The position numbers and the translations under genes were made by a program. A model generated the notes under the pieces. That model saw only the letters and a list, made by a program, of their open reading frames with translations, searched no databases and was not told the origin of the DNA. From Archangium sp. (GTDB taxonomy: Bacteria; Myxococcota; Myxococcia; Myxococcales; Myxococcaceae), in contig JANLPS010000255.1 in NCBI GenBank assembly GCA_031367385.1, forward strand, positions 1 through 27,303: a stretch of DNA of 27,303 nt, in the 5' to 3' direction. How positions within the stretch are numbered: the stretch's first letter is position 1; every line of letters begins with the position of its first letter. Shown here piece after piece: positions 1 to 8,335 of the stretch.

Positions 1-1
1 C

Positions 2-811
2 GACGAACTCGACGAAGGGCTCGACGATCTGCAGCAGGTCGATCTTCGACATCGTCGGGGTGACGACCTCTTTGAGACGTTGCCGAAACTCGAGCACGTT
101 CTTCTTGTCTTGTGCGCGCAGCGCACGCCAGGCGGCGGTTCGACCGAAGGCGTGGAGCTCTTTCTCGAGTTGTTGGGCGTTCCACTCCACGTCTTCTGGC
201 GCGGCTTCAGAGACCTTGGAGATGCGCGAGTGCATCAAGCGGCGCAGGTCGGCGGTGGTCGAGCGAACGATCAGCGTCGAGGCGAGCAGCTCATCGTAGC
301 CGGGGTCGACCTCGCGGCGACGGCACTCGGCGAGGGCCGAGGCGGTCTCGAAGACCATTGCGCCGATGCGATCGCGAAACTGAAAGCGAAAGGTCTGGAG
401 CTCGGCGATCAAGTTCCACCGGTCGCCGACCACGCTCGGGTCTCGAATGCGCATGCCAAGCGCTGAGACGGCGTCGCGCAGCTCCTTGGCGGCTTTCTGA
501 AGCAGCTCATCGACCTTGAAGCGGCGCTCCTCGGCCAAGAATTGCCCGGAGGGGAACCGCGCGGTCAGCTCGGTGAGCAGCGCGTTGACGTCTGAAATCG
601 TGTTGCCGACGACAGGTGCGACCTCCTCCCACAAGGAGAGATCGGCGGTGCCATCGATGGGCGAGTCTTCGTATTTGATGAGGTCGAGCTCGCCCAACTT
701 GCTGATCGCCCTGGCGGCGGCCTCGTGCACGCGACGCAGCTGATCGCCGAACTCGACGTCGGTTTCCAACGCGAGAATCGCCCCGAGGCGAGCTGGCAGA
801 AGACGTTCCAC
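2..811 (-). CDS. Hypothetical protein, partial (runs off the left edge; not in the supplied ORF track)
   Basis: Frame read by hand at both ends: from GTG at 811, MERLLPARLGAILALETDVEFGDQLRRVHEAAARAISKLGELDLIKYEDSPIDGTADLSLWEEVAPVV..., ending at the edge with ...KIDLLQIVEPFVEFV. Both ends are in the same frame, codons are G/C-ending and the sequence looks helical. Divergent from corA. Confidence 0.8.
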   Translation of the reverse strand, partial: MERLLPARLGAILALETDVEFGDQLRRVHEAAARAISKLGELDLIKYEDSPIDGTADLSLWEEVAPVVGNTISDVNALLTELTARFPSGQFLAEERRFKVDELLQKAAKELRDAVSALGMRIRDPSVVGDRWNLIAELQTFRFQFRDRIGAMVFETASALAECRRREVDPGYDELLASTLIVRSTTADLRRLMHSRISKVSEAAPEDVEWNAQQLEKELHAFGRTAAWRALRAQDKKNVLEFRQRLKEVVTPTMSKIDLLQIVEPFVEFV

Positions 812-874
812 TCCAGAAATGAGATTAAACCCCTGCGTCTGCGAAGCGAACAATTCGACGGTCGGAGATCACCA

Positions 875-1819
875 ATGTTGCGAGTTTGCGTGCTTGACGG
901 CGACCAGCTGAAGACGGGAGGCGCGGAGCTGCTCGACCTGCCGGGCCCGATGTGGGTCGATTTGCAGCCCCCGAATGCCGAGCTGTTGGCGAGCCTCAAG
1001 GCCCGATTCGGCCTGCATTCGCTCGAAATCGAAGACTGCTTACACCTCGATCAGCGCCCCAAAATCGAAGAATACCCCGGTCACCAGTTCATCGTGATGC
1101 AGGGCTTCACCGCGCAAGGCGGAGACGTCAGCGACGTGATCATGCACGAGCTGCACCTGTTCGTCGGAGCGACGTGGGTGCTCTCGGTGCACGATCAGCC
1201 TCACCAAGATCTCGAGGCATTGATTGCGCGCATCGGGGCCGACCCGAAGGCCACTCTGGGCCGAGGCGCTGATTTCGTTGCTTATTTGCTGGCCGACGCC
1301 TTGGTCGACCGCAACTTCCCGCTCCTCGACGCCTTCAACGACGCGCTCGAAGACATCGAAGAACGCATCTTCAACGACCCCTCGACCGACCTGATGCAGG
1401 AGGTCTTCAAGGTCAAGCGCACGTTGGCCGAGGTTCGGCGAGTGCTGTCTCCGCAGCGCGACGTGGTGGGGTTGTTGGCCCGGCGGGGCATGGCGTACAT
1501 CGGCGAGAACACGACCCTGTATTTTCGCGATGTGTACGACCACCTCGTACGCATCTACGAGCAGATCGACGCGGCGCGAGACCTGTTGGGCAACGCGATG
1601 GAGGCCCACTTGTCGGTCGTCGCCAACCGCACCAACGAGGTGACGAAGCAGCTGACGATCTTCGCGAGCATCTTTCTGCCGTTGTCATTCGTGGTCGGGT
1701 TTTTCGGGCAAAATTTCGTTCAGGTGCAGTCGACGGCGATGTTTTGGTTGATGGTCGTACTGGTGCCGTTGATACCTGTGGTGATGATCGTGTGGTTTCG
1801 CTCGAGAAAGTGGTTTTGA
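875..1819 (+). CDS. corA: CorA-family Mg2+/Co2+ (divalent cation) transporter
   Basis: WVDL, FGLHSL.IEDC, QRPKIEEY and YFRDVYDHL motifs; two C-terminal TM helices with FLPLSFVVGFFGQNF. ATG at 875 follows a GGAG. Confidence 0.93.
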   Translation: MLRVCVLDGDQLKTGGAELLDLPGPMWVDLQPPNAELLASLKARFGLHSLEIEDCLHLDQRPKIEEYPGHQFIVMQGFTAQGGDVSDVIMHELHLFVGATWVLSVHDQPHQDLEALIARIGADPKATLGRGADFVAYLLADALVDRNFPLLDAFNDALEDIEERIFNDPSTDLMQEVFKVKRTLAEVRRVLSPQRDVVGLLARRGMAYIGENTTLYFRDVYDHLVRIYEQIDAARDLLGNAMEAHLSVVANRTNEVTKQLTIFASIFLPLSFVVGFFGQNFVQVQSTAMFWLMVVLVPLIPVVMIVWFRSRKWF

Positions 1820-1821
1820 CC

Positions 1822-2586
1822 ATGCTTCGTTTCGAAGAGTCGGGCCAGGGCTCGCCGTTGATCATGCTCCACGCGTTTCCTCTGACCGGGCAGATGTATT
1901 GGCAGCAGCTCGAGAAGCCGCCCGACGGGGTAAGGTTCATCGCGCCCGATTTTCGCGGGTTCGGCAAGTCTGCTTCGAGTGCGGGCTCGATGACGATGGA
2001 GTCAATGGCCGACGATGTGCTCGCGCTGATGGACAGGCTCGAGTTGCCCAGTGCCTTCATCGGCGGCGTCTCGATGGGGGGCTACGTGGCGATGGCGCTG
2101 ACACGGCGTGACCCTGGCCGGGTGCGCGGGTTGGTGCTGGCAGATACGCAGCTGGGCGCCGACGACGAGGCGGGCCGGGCGAAGCGCGAGACGACCGCGA
2201 AAGAGCTCGAGTCGAAGGGCATCGAGCCACTGATCGCGTCGATGCTGCCGAAGTTTTTGACGTCAGCAGCCCCGACCGCGCTGCGAGAACGACTCGAGCA
2301 GATCATGCGCTCGGTGAGTGCCCAAGCGGCGGCCGCGGCGACGCGTGCGATGGCGCTGCGAGTCGACGCGAGAGACATTTTGTCTCGATTTGGCGGGCCT
2401 TCGTTGGTGCTGGTGGGTGATGGTGATGCGGTGACTCCGCTCGAGAAGGCGAAGGCGATGGCAGATCTGCTGGGTGGCGCGAAGCTCGAGGTGATCGTGG
2501 GCGCGGCGCATCTGTCGAACGTGGAGCAGCCCGAGGCATTCAACACAGCACTGGCTCGTTTTTTCGCGGCGGCCGAGCGCAGGTGA
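1822..2586 (+). CDS. Alpha/beta fold hydrolase (PcaD/enol-lactonase-like)
   Basis: LHAFP oxyanion region, PDFRGFGKS, GVSMGG nucleophile elbow, GDGDAVTP acid and AAHLSN His. Starts 2 bp after the corA stop. Confidence 0.9.
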   Translation: MLRFEESGQGSPLIMLHAFPLTGQMYWQQLEKPPDGVRFIAPDFRGFGKSASSAGSMTMESMADDVLALMDRLELPSAFIGGVSMGGYVAMALTRRDPGRVRGLVLADTQLGADDEAGRAKRETTAKELESKGIEPLIASMLPKFLTSAAPTALRERLEQIMRSVSAQAAAAATRAMALRVDARDILSRFGGPSLVLVGDGDAVTPLEKAKAMADLLGGAKLEVIVGAAHLSNVEQPEAFNTALARFFAAAERR

Positions 2587-2638
2587 ACGGGTCTGAAGTG
2601 CATGACGACGGTGCCGCACCGAAGGCAGGTCAACGAAC

Positions 2639-3241
2639 ATGACTCCCGCTCAAGTGCGCAGCCGATTTTGGGGCGTTCGGCAGGGCGATTCAGAGGCCGG
2701 CATCGCTGCCGCCGAGCGAAGGTTGGGCGTCCTGCTCCCTCCGATGCTCCGTGAGCAGTACGCGACCACCCGGCTTCGAAGCAGTCAGCAGCTGCACCTC
2801 GCCGAGCTCGACGACATCGAGGTTCGCAACGAGCACCTCATCTTCGGGTCAGAGCAACAGGGCGTGTTTGAGTGGGGCATTCGGTGTGATGCGCTCGCCG
2901 AGCCCGACCCATGGCTTCAGACGAACGCGGCGGGCTGGGAGCATGACGGCATTCGGCTCTCGCAGTGGCTCGTGCTCTTCATGCTGTTCAACCGGGTCTA
3001 TGAACCGCCGTGCGCACACGAGTGGGGGCCGAGCGAGGAGCAGTTGGATGGTTGGGCTCGAATCGAGCTTTCGTCGTCGTCGTTCGGCACGCTCAGCGTG
3101 TACTGCAAGGGTGACGTGGTCGCAGACGAGTACGCATCGATGGGAGCGCGCACCGAGGCCGGTCTGCGAGCAGCGCTCGCCGAGCTCGAGCTCACGCCGG
3201 ACGAGGCTGATCTCGATCTGGGACCCCGCGCCGAAGAGTGA
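2639..3241 (+). CDS. SMI1/KNR4 (SUKH)-like protein
   Basis: N-terminal GDSEAGIAAAERRLGVLLPPMLREQY matches the typical SUKH start (EEI..AE..LG..LP..LR..Y); LIFGSEQQGVFEWGI follows downstream. Confidence 0.65.
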   Translation: MTPAQVRSRFWGVRQGDSEAGIAAAERRLGVLLPPMLREQYATTRLRSSQQLHLAELDDIEVRNEHLIFGSEQQGVFEWGIRCDALAEPDPWLQTNAAGWEHDGIRLSQWLVLFMLFNRVYEPPCAHEWGPSEEQLDGWARIELSSSSFGTLSVYCKGDVVADEYASMGARTEAGLRAALAELELTPDEADLDLGPRAEE

Positions 3242-3253
3242 CGGTGTGGGTCG

Positions 3254-3637
3254 TTACGGGTTGCAGACGACGGTATCGCCGTTGACCGAGCACGAGCGGC
3301 AGGTGTTGGTTTTGACCAGCTTGCCGTCGTAGCACTGCAGGGTACCGAGGCCGTCTTTGGTGCAGAGGCCCTTGGTGTCGGCAGTCGACGCGCAGTTGTC
3401 ACCGACGTCGTTGCCGGTCATGTCGCACTTGACCAGGTCAGCGGTGCGCACGCAGCCACCGGGGCCCTTGCATGGCAGTGAGACCCACGACCCGACCTTG
3501 CACTCGAGCGCGTTGGCGGCGTCGGCGCAAAGAAACCCCGAGGTGTCGCACTTGTCACCGGCTTTGGGCTGACCGCATGCGGCGACGAAGAACAGCGCGA
3601 GAAGAGAGACAGCGAGTCGGGGAGTGGCGCGAATCAT
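3254..3637 (-). CDS. Small cysteine-rich lipoprotein with two 6-Cys modules
   Basis: Signal peptide with lipobox VAAC, plus 12 further Cys in two similar halves. Confidence 0.8.
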   Translation of the reverse strand: MIRATPRLAVSLLALFFVAACGQPKAGDKCDTSGFLCADAANALECKVGSWVSLPCKGPGGCVRTADLVKCDMTGNDVGDNCASTADTKGLCTKDGLGTLQCYDGKLVKTNTCRSCSVNGDTVVCNP

Positions 3638-3669
3638 CGAGTTTTTTTCAGGGGAGAAAGACGAAACGG

Positions 3670-3698
3670 ACTGTGCGTCACCGCCCGAACCGAGTCAA
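3670..3698 (-). promoter_or_regulatory. Candidate sigma70 promoter for the Cys-rich lipoprotein
   Basis: Minus strand TTGACT, 17 bp, CACAGT. Confidence 0.35.
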
Positions 3699-3705
3699 AC
3701 GTTTC

Positions 3706-4755
3706 TCAGAGGACTTCGCCGAAGAACCGGCGGAAGTTTTCGCCCAGCACCTTTTCGATGATTCGCACCGGCAGGTCGCGTCGAACCATCGCCTCGGTCA
3801 ACTTGGGGAGGTCGCGCACGTCGCGCATGCCCCTGGGCAGCGGCACCAGCCCATCGAAGTCAGACCCCAGCGCCACCCCGTCTTCACCCATCACCGACAC
3901 GGCGTGCTCGATGTGCTTGCAGACGTCATCAAAGGCCCGGCCTCCGATGTACTGGGGCGCGAAAATGATGGCCGCAACGCCACCCTTCTCGGCGATGGCC
4001 CGCAGGGTCTCATCGGGGAGGTTTCGCCACAGGGGGGTGACGCCCTGAACGCCGGTATGGCTCGAGAAGACCCGGGCCTTCGGGTGCGCCAGGAGCTGCG
4101 GAATCATCGCCGCAGAGGCGTGGGCCAGGTCGACCGCCATGCCGGTCTGCGCCATCGCGTCGAGCACCTCGTGCCCCAGCGCGGTCAGCGGTCGGTTGCC
4201 GTGCATCGGGGTCGAAGTGCCTCCCAGCTCGTTGTTGCCGAGGTGGGTGAGCGACATGAAGCGCACCCCTCGCTGGTGCAGCGCCCGAACCCGGTCGACC
4301 TCCCCCTCGAGCGCGTGGCCCCCTTCGATGCCAATCACCGCAGAGATGCGATTTTCCTGAAGATTTTGCTCGAGCTGGGCTTTCGAACCGGTAATCGCGG
4401 CGCGCCCGTCGGCCTGGCAGAAGTGCTCGAGGCGGTCGACCTGCCAGGTGCACCGCGTCCACTCCGAGCGGCGGGCTTCGGCGGGCCAGCGGTTCTTGAG
4501 CATGAAGGGGGTGAACCCATCGATGACGGGCAGGCCCCGGGTCACGATGGTGAAGCACTGAATTTTGACGCCCCCCTCTCGCAGCCGGGGGAAGTCGACG
4601 TGGCCTGACTCGGAGGCCTGGGTCAAATCGCGGTTCCACATCAATGAGTCGGCGTGCCCGTCGGCGACAGCCACCCGGCGGTGCAACTCTTCGGCAACGG
4701 TGCTCACGGGGCCGCATGGGGCCACGACTCGGGGCCGGTCGTCAATGAGAGTCAT
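3706..4755 (-). CDS. Membrane/renal-type dipeptidase (peptidase M19, amidohydrolase fold)
   Basis: ADGHADS, IEGGH, LTH, VDLAH, SSHTG and GSDFDG metal/catalytic motifs. Start uncertain: ATG 4755 with GAGG, or GTG 4707. Confidence 0.9.
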   Translation of the reverse strand: MTLIDDRPRVVAPCGPVSTVAEELHRRVAVADGHADSLMWNRDLTQASESGHVDFPRLREGGVKIQCFTIVTRGLPVIDGFTPFMLKNRWPAEARRSEWTRCTWQVDRLEHFCQADGRAAITGSKAQLEQNLQENRISAVIGIEGGHALEGEVDRVRALHQRGVRFMSLTHLGNNELGGTSTPMHGNRPLTALGHEVLDAMAQTGMAVDLAHASAAMIPQLLAHPKARVFSSHTGVQGVTPLWRNLPDETLRAIAEKGGVAAIIFAPQYIGGRAFDDVCKHIEHAVSVMGEDGVALGSDFDGLVPLPRGMRDVRDLPKLTEAMVRRDLPVRIIEKVLGENFRRFFGEVL

Positions 4756-4760
4756 GCCTC

Positions 4761-4775
4761 TATTAACCATGAATA
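4761..4775. promoter_or_regulatory. AT-rich inverted repeat TATT-N7-AATA (LysR-box-like)
   Basis: TATTAACCATGAATA satisfies T-N11-A, lies in an unusually AT-rich divergent spacer and is followed by TATAAT. Confidence 0.4.
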
Positions 4776-4823
4776 TAATAATGGATACGATCGCCATGAC
4801 TGCGATTCGCTATGAGGCGGGGC

Positions 4824-6215
4824 ATGTCATTGCTCATCGCGCTGGCGGCGCTCGGGCTGCTGATGTGGGTGGCGTACCGGGGGTTCAGCGTCATCTTGTT
4901 CGCGCCGATCGCCGCGCTGTTGGCGGTGCTGCTGACCGACCCGTCAGCGGTGCTGCCAGTTTTCTCGGGCCTGTTCATGGACAAGCTGGTCGGCTTCATT
5001 CGCAACTACCTGCCGGTGTTTCTGCTGGGTGCGATCTTTGGCAAGGTGATCGAGCTGTCGGGCTTCTCGAAGGCGATCGTCGCGGGGTTGCTGGGTGTGG
5101 TGGGGCCAAACCGGGCGGTGTTGTCGATCGTGCTGGTGTGCAACCTGCTGACCTACGGAGGGGTCTCGCTCTTCGTGGTGGTCTTCGCGGTCTACCCTTT
5201 CGCCGCCGAGGCCTTTCGACTGGCGAACATCCCCAAGCGGTTAATACCCGGGGCGATTGCGCTGGGAGCCTTCTCGTACACGATGGATTCGCTGCCCGGC
5301 ACGCCGCAGATTCAAAACCTGATTCCCACGACGTTTTTCAAGACGACGACCTGGGCCGCTCCGGGGCTGGGGGTGCTGGGGGCGCTGTTCATCTTCAGCT
5401 GCGGCATCGCGTACTTGAGCACCCGGGTGCGCCAGGCCAAGGCCCGAGGAGAGGGGTATGGCGAGAACCACCTGCTCGAACCAGAGCCAGTGGCGAAGGC
5501 GTCGCTGCCCAGCGCCTGGGTGGCGTTGATACCGCTGGTGCTGGTGGGGGCCTTGAACCTGGTCTTCACCGGGCTTCTCGAGCGTTGGTACGCCCCGTCG
5601 ACCGAGACCACCCTGGCCGGCCTCGAACACCCCCTGGTGACGCAGATCTCGAGCGTGAAAGCGGTCTGGGCGGTCGAGCTCGCGTTGCTGGTGGGCATCG
5701 CCTCGGTGATCGTGCTCGCCTGGCGCCCGGTGACCGCGAAGTTCGCCGAGGGCTCGAAAGCGGCCATCGCCGGGGCGCTGTTGGCGGCGCTGAACACCGC
5801 CTCGGAGTACGGGTTCGGGGCGGTCATTGCCGCGCTCCCCGGGTTCGCGGTGATCAAGAGCGCCCTTTCGGCGATACCCAACCCCCTGGTGAACGAGGCG
5901 GTGACGGTGACGACGCTGGCCGGCGTGACCGGCTCGGCCTCGGGCGGCCTGAGCATCGCCCTGGCTGCGATGTCAGCACAGTTCATCGCAGCTGCAGGTA
6001 CCGCGAACATCCCCCTCGAGGTGCTGCACCGGGTAGCCGCGATGGCGAGCGGAGGGATGGACACGCTGCCGCACAATGGCGCCGTGATCACCCTGCTCGC
6101 GGTGACCGGCCTCACGCACCGGCAGTCGTACCGTGACATTTTCGCGATCACCGCGATCAAGACCGCGGCGGTCTTCGTGGTGATCGCTGCCTACACGGTG
6201 TTCTCTCTGGTGTGA
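4824..6215 (+). CDS. GntP-family H+/organic acid permease (D-3-hydroxybutyrate permease-like)
   Basis: Highly hydrophobic multi-TM protein with TYGGVSLFVVVF, LPGTPQIQN, TGSASGG and DTLPHNGAVIT motifs. Confidence 0.9.
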   Translation: MSLLIALAALGLLMWVAYRGFSVILFAPIAALLAVLLTDPSAVLPVFSGLFMDKLVGFIRNYLPVFLLGAIFGKVIELSGFSKAIVAGLLGVVGPNRAVLSIVLVCNLLTYGGVSLFVVVFAVYPFAAEAFRLANIPKRLIPGAIALGAFSYTMDSLPGTPQIQNLIPTTFFKTTTWAAPGLGVLGALFIFSCGIAYLSTRVRQAKARGEGYGENHLLEPEPVAKASLPSAWVALIPLVLVGALNLVFTGLLERWYAPSTETTLAGLEHPLVTQISSVKAVWAVELALLVGIASVIVLAWRPVTAKFAEGSKAAIAGALLAALNTASEYGFGAVIAALPGFAVIKSALSAIPNPLVNEAVTVTTLAGVTGSASGGLSIALAAMSAQFIAAAGTANIPLEVLHRVAAMASGGMDTLPHNGAVITLLAVTGLTHRQSYRDIFAITAIKTAAVFVVIAAYTVFSLV

Positions 6216-6263
6216 TTCGCAGGTGTCACCTTCATGAACCGGGGCCCCCAGCGCGCTTAACCC

Positions 6264-6290
6264 GAGCTTCGGTTGCTATGCTCGAAGCTC
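6264..6290 (+). promoter_or_regulatory. Extended -10 (TG-C-TATGCT) enclosed by an 8-bp inverted repeat directly before the ATG
   Basis: GAGCTTCG(6264-6271), GTTGCTATGCT, CGAAGCTC(6283-6290), ATG(6291). No Shine-Dalgarno. Confidence 0.45.
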
Positions 6291-7289
6291 ATGTCGCGTT
6301 CTCCCCTGCTTCGTCTGTTGGCTGTGTGTCTCGCACTGACGCACCTGACCGCCTGTCAATGTGGCTCTGACGTCATCATCTTCAACCCAGACGCCGGCGG
6401 AGGCCGGCGTGATGGCGGAGGTGGCGGCACCGGCACTGGCGGAGGGACCGGAACGGGTGGGGGCACTGGCGCTGGCGGCGGCATCGGGAGTCAACGCGAC
6501 GGCGGCTCGACCTCCGAAATCTGCGATGGCCTCGACAACGACAACGACGGCATCATCGACAACGTCGACGTCAGCGGCGACGGCGTGTGTGACTGTTTGA
6601 AGATCGCGACCCTCGGGTACAAAGGCACCGCGGGCGTCGGCGACGTCTTCAACCAGTGGCTCAACGGCAAGAGCGTGGCGGGGGCAGTCTCGCTCGACAA
6701 ACAAACGCTGACCGCGGCGCTGTTGGCTCCGTACCAGGTCATCGTCATTCAGAACGTGCGAGACGGCACCAAAGCCGGGGTGGGCACGGGCATCGGCCGG
6801 GTCTACGCGCAAGCCGAGGTCGACGCGCTCAAGGCCTGGGTGGCCGCGGGCGGAGGCATCATGACGCTGATCGGCTACAGCGACGCGACCGAGGTCAAGA
6901 ACGTCAACCTGCTGCTCGCGCCCTACAACATCAACTACGGCTCGAAGCAGATTCTCGGCAAGGTCGGCGGCTCGACGGTGCCGGTGGTGCATTGGGCAAC
7001 GCACCCGCTGACCGAGAACATCAAGAAGGTCGGCGTCGACAACGGCTACGAGGTGCAAGGCGACGGCGGCGTGGTGGTCAGCTACGAGCCGAACCCCGGC
7101 GATTACGACACGGCGCGGGCGACGCCGTATGGCAAGGGTCACGTCTTCGTCTGGTGCGACGAGTGGATCACCTTCGACTCGGAGTGGACGCAGCACACGG
7201 ACTACCAGGTCGAGCGCTTCTGGCTGAATTCGCTCAAGTGGTTGACCCCAGCAGACCAGTGCCAGGTGGCCCTGCCGGTCATCAACTAG
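6291..7289 (+). CDS. Secreted lipoprotein with Gly/Thr linker, acidic putative metal-binding motif and a GATase-like (flavodoxin-type) domain
   Basis: Lipobox LTAC; GGTGTG-type linker; EICDGLDNDNDGIID motif; C-terminal YQVIVIQ...EVDALKAWVAAGGGIM...YGKGHVFVWCDEW resembles non-catalytic class I GATase-like domains. Confidence 0.75.
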   Translation: MSRSPLLRLLAVCLALTHLTACQCGSDVIIFNPDAGGGRRDGGGGGTGTGGGTGTGGGTGAGGGIGSQRDGGSTSEICDGLDNDNDGIIDNVDVSGDGVCDCLKIATLGYKGTAGVGDVFNQWLNGKSVAGAVSLDKQTLTAALLAPYQVIVIQNVRDGTKAGVGTGIGRVYAQAEVDALKAWVAAGGGIMTLIGYSDATEVKNVNLLLAPYNINYGSKQILGKVGGSTVPVVHWATHPLTENIKKVGVDNGYEVQGDGGVVVSYEPNPGDYDTARATPYGKGHVFVWCDEWITFDSEWTQHTDYQVERFWLNSLKWLTPADQCQVALPVIN

Positions 7290-7374
7290 GGCCCGCCCCG
7301 CGAAAAGGCCAAAACATCAGCGGTTTGCAGAACCGGGCCTGGGGTCGCCAGAGGCACGAAACACGCGACAAGCG

Positions 7375-7403
7375 TTGACTCCGTGCATCAGCGACGGTAG
7401 GAG
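7375..7403 (+). promoter_or_regulatory. Candidate sigma70 promoter of rpsT
   Basis: TTGACT, 17 bp, TAGGAG; RBS GAAGGAG at about 7424-7430. Confidence 0.5.
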
Positions 7404-7437
7404 CGCCACCTCTCATCATCTTTGAAGGAGCAGTACC

Positions 7438-7719
7438 TTGGCCAATACGCACTCTGCCGAGAAGCGTCACCGTCAGTCTCTCAAGCGCAATGCGCGCAAT
7501 ACCGCCGTGAAGTCTGAAGTGAAGACGGCGATCAAGAAGGCGCGTGAGGCGATCACCTCTGGCGACGCCACCAAGGCGAAAGACGCTCTGAAGGCGGCGA
7601 CCAGCCTGCTGAACCGCGCCGCCAGCAAGGGCGTGCTGCACGTTCGCAATGCGCAGCGCCGAGTCGCCCGGTTGTCGCACGGCGTGTCGTCGAAGTTCGC
7701 CGCGCCCGCCGCGAAGTAA
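7438..7719 (+). CDS. rpsT: 30S ribosomal protein S20
   Basis: MANTHSAEKRHRQSLKRNARN...KGVLHVRNAQRRVARL; TTG start (as is known for rpsT) with a strong RBS. Confidence 0.98.
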   Translation: MANTHSAEKRHRQSLKRNARNTAVKSEVKTAIKKAREAITSGDATKAKDALKAATSLLNRAASKGVLHVRNAQRRVARLSHGVSSKFAAPAAK

Positions 7720-7742
7720 TTCGCATCGGTTGTGCCGACCTG

Positions 7743-7778
7743 AAAAAGCCATTCCACCCTCGGGTGTGATGGCTTTTC
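7743..7778. terminator. Bidirectional intrinsic terminator
   Basis: AAAAGCCAT...ATGGCTTTT stem with inner CACC/GGTG pairing, between convergent genes. Confidence 0.8.
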
Positions 7779-7783
7779 GTGTT

Positions 7784-8272
7784 TCACCGGGTCATCGAGC
7801 AGTCGGTCAAAACGGTCACCCGAGACTCGCTCGCCGAGACGCCGGCGTCGGCATCGATGCCCATGTCGAGGGGTTAGCTCAGGGTGATGAGCGCGAGCCC
7901 GTCATCGGTCAGCGCGAAGGTGGTGTTCTCGCCGCCGTACATCTCAGTCAACCCGCTGAACGAGCCCAGCGCTTCGACCGAGACGATTTCGCCGAGTTGA
8001 TTGGTGGTGACGGCGACCGAGGTGCTGACGTCTCCGCAGAGGCTGCCGCTGGCCACGGTCACGACGGTCAACAGACACGAGCCGAAGGCGTGGGCGATCG
8101 GCCGCCCGATTGACGACGAGGTGCCGAGCTCGTCGTTGGCTTCTCGAAGCGGGGCCTTCATGAAGGCAAGCCGGGGGTCGGCTGATTCGAAGAGCGCCAC
8201 CGGGACGCCCAACTCGGCGGCTTTGGACTGCGGCGTGGCGGCCACGGCGATGAGAAGGAGACGCAAGAGCAT
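7784..8272 (-). pseudogene. Secreted hypothetical protein with a probable premature TAA at 7874-7876
   Basis: Signal-peptide-like start MLLRLLLIAVAA. The 132-aa ORF ends at TAA, but the same frame continues 29 codons (PLDMGIDADAGVSASESRVTVLTDCSMTR, 26/29 G/C-ending) to a TGA next to the terminator. Confidence 0.55.
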
Positions 8273-8283
8273 GCGGGCGGTTC

Positions 8284-8299
8284 AGCAACCCGCCTGCCA
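8284..8299 (-). promoter_or_regulatory. Sigma54 (-24/-12) promoter
   Basis: Minus strand TGGCAG-GCGGG-TTGCT with exact GG-N10-GC spacing; predicted +1 at about 8273, adjacent to the ATG at 8272. Confidence 0.65.
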
Positions 8300-8335
8300 C
8301 AGTCGATTCACGAGCCGTCGCGGGTGGTTAAGACC

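Noticed and set aside
725..874. Longer CorA start
   Set aside because: Overlaps the divergent gene; ATG 875 has an RBS and gives a typical CorA length.
4565..6136. 523-aa overlapping ORF over the permease
   Set aside because: Arg/Gly-rich alternative frame of the GntP gene.
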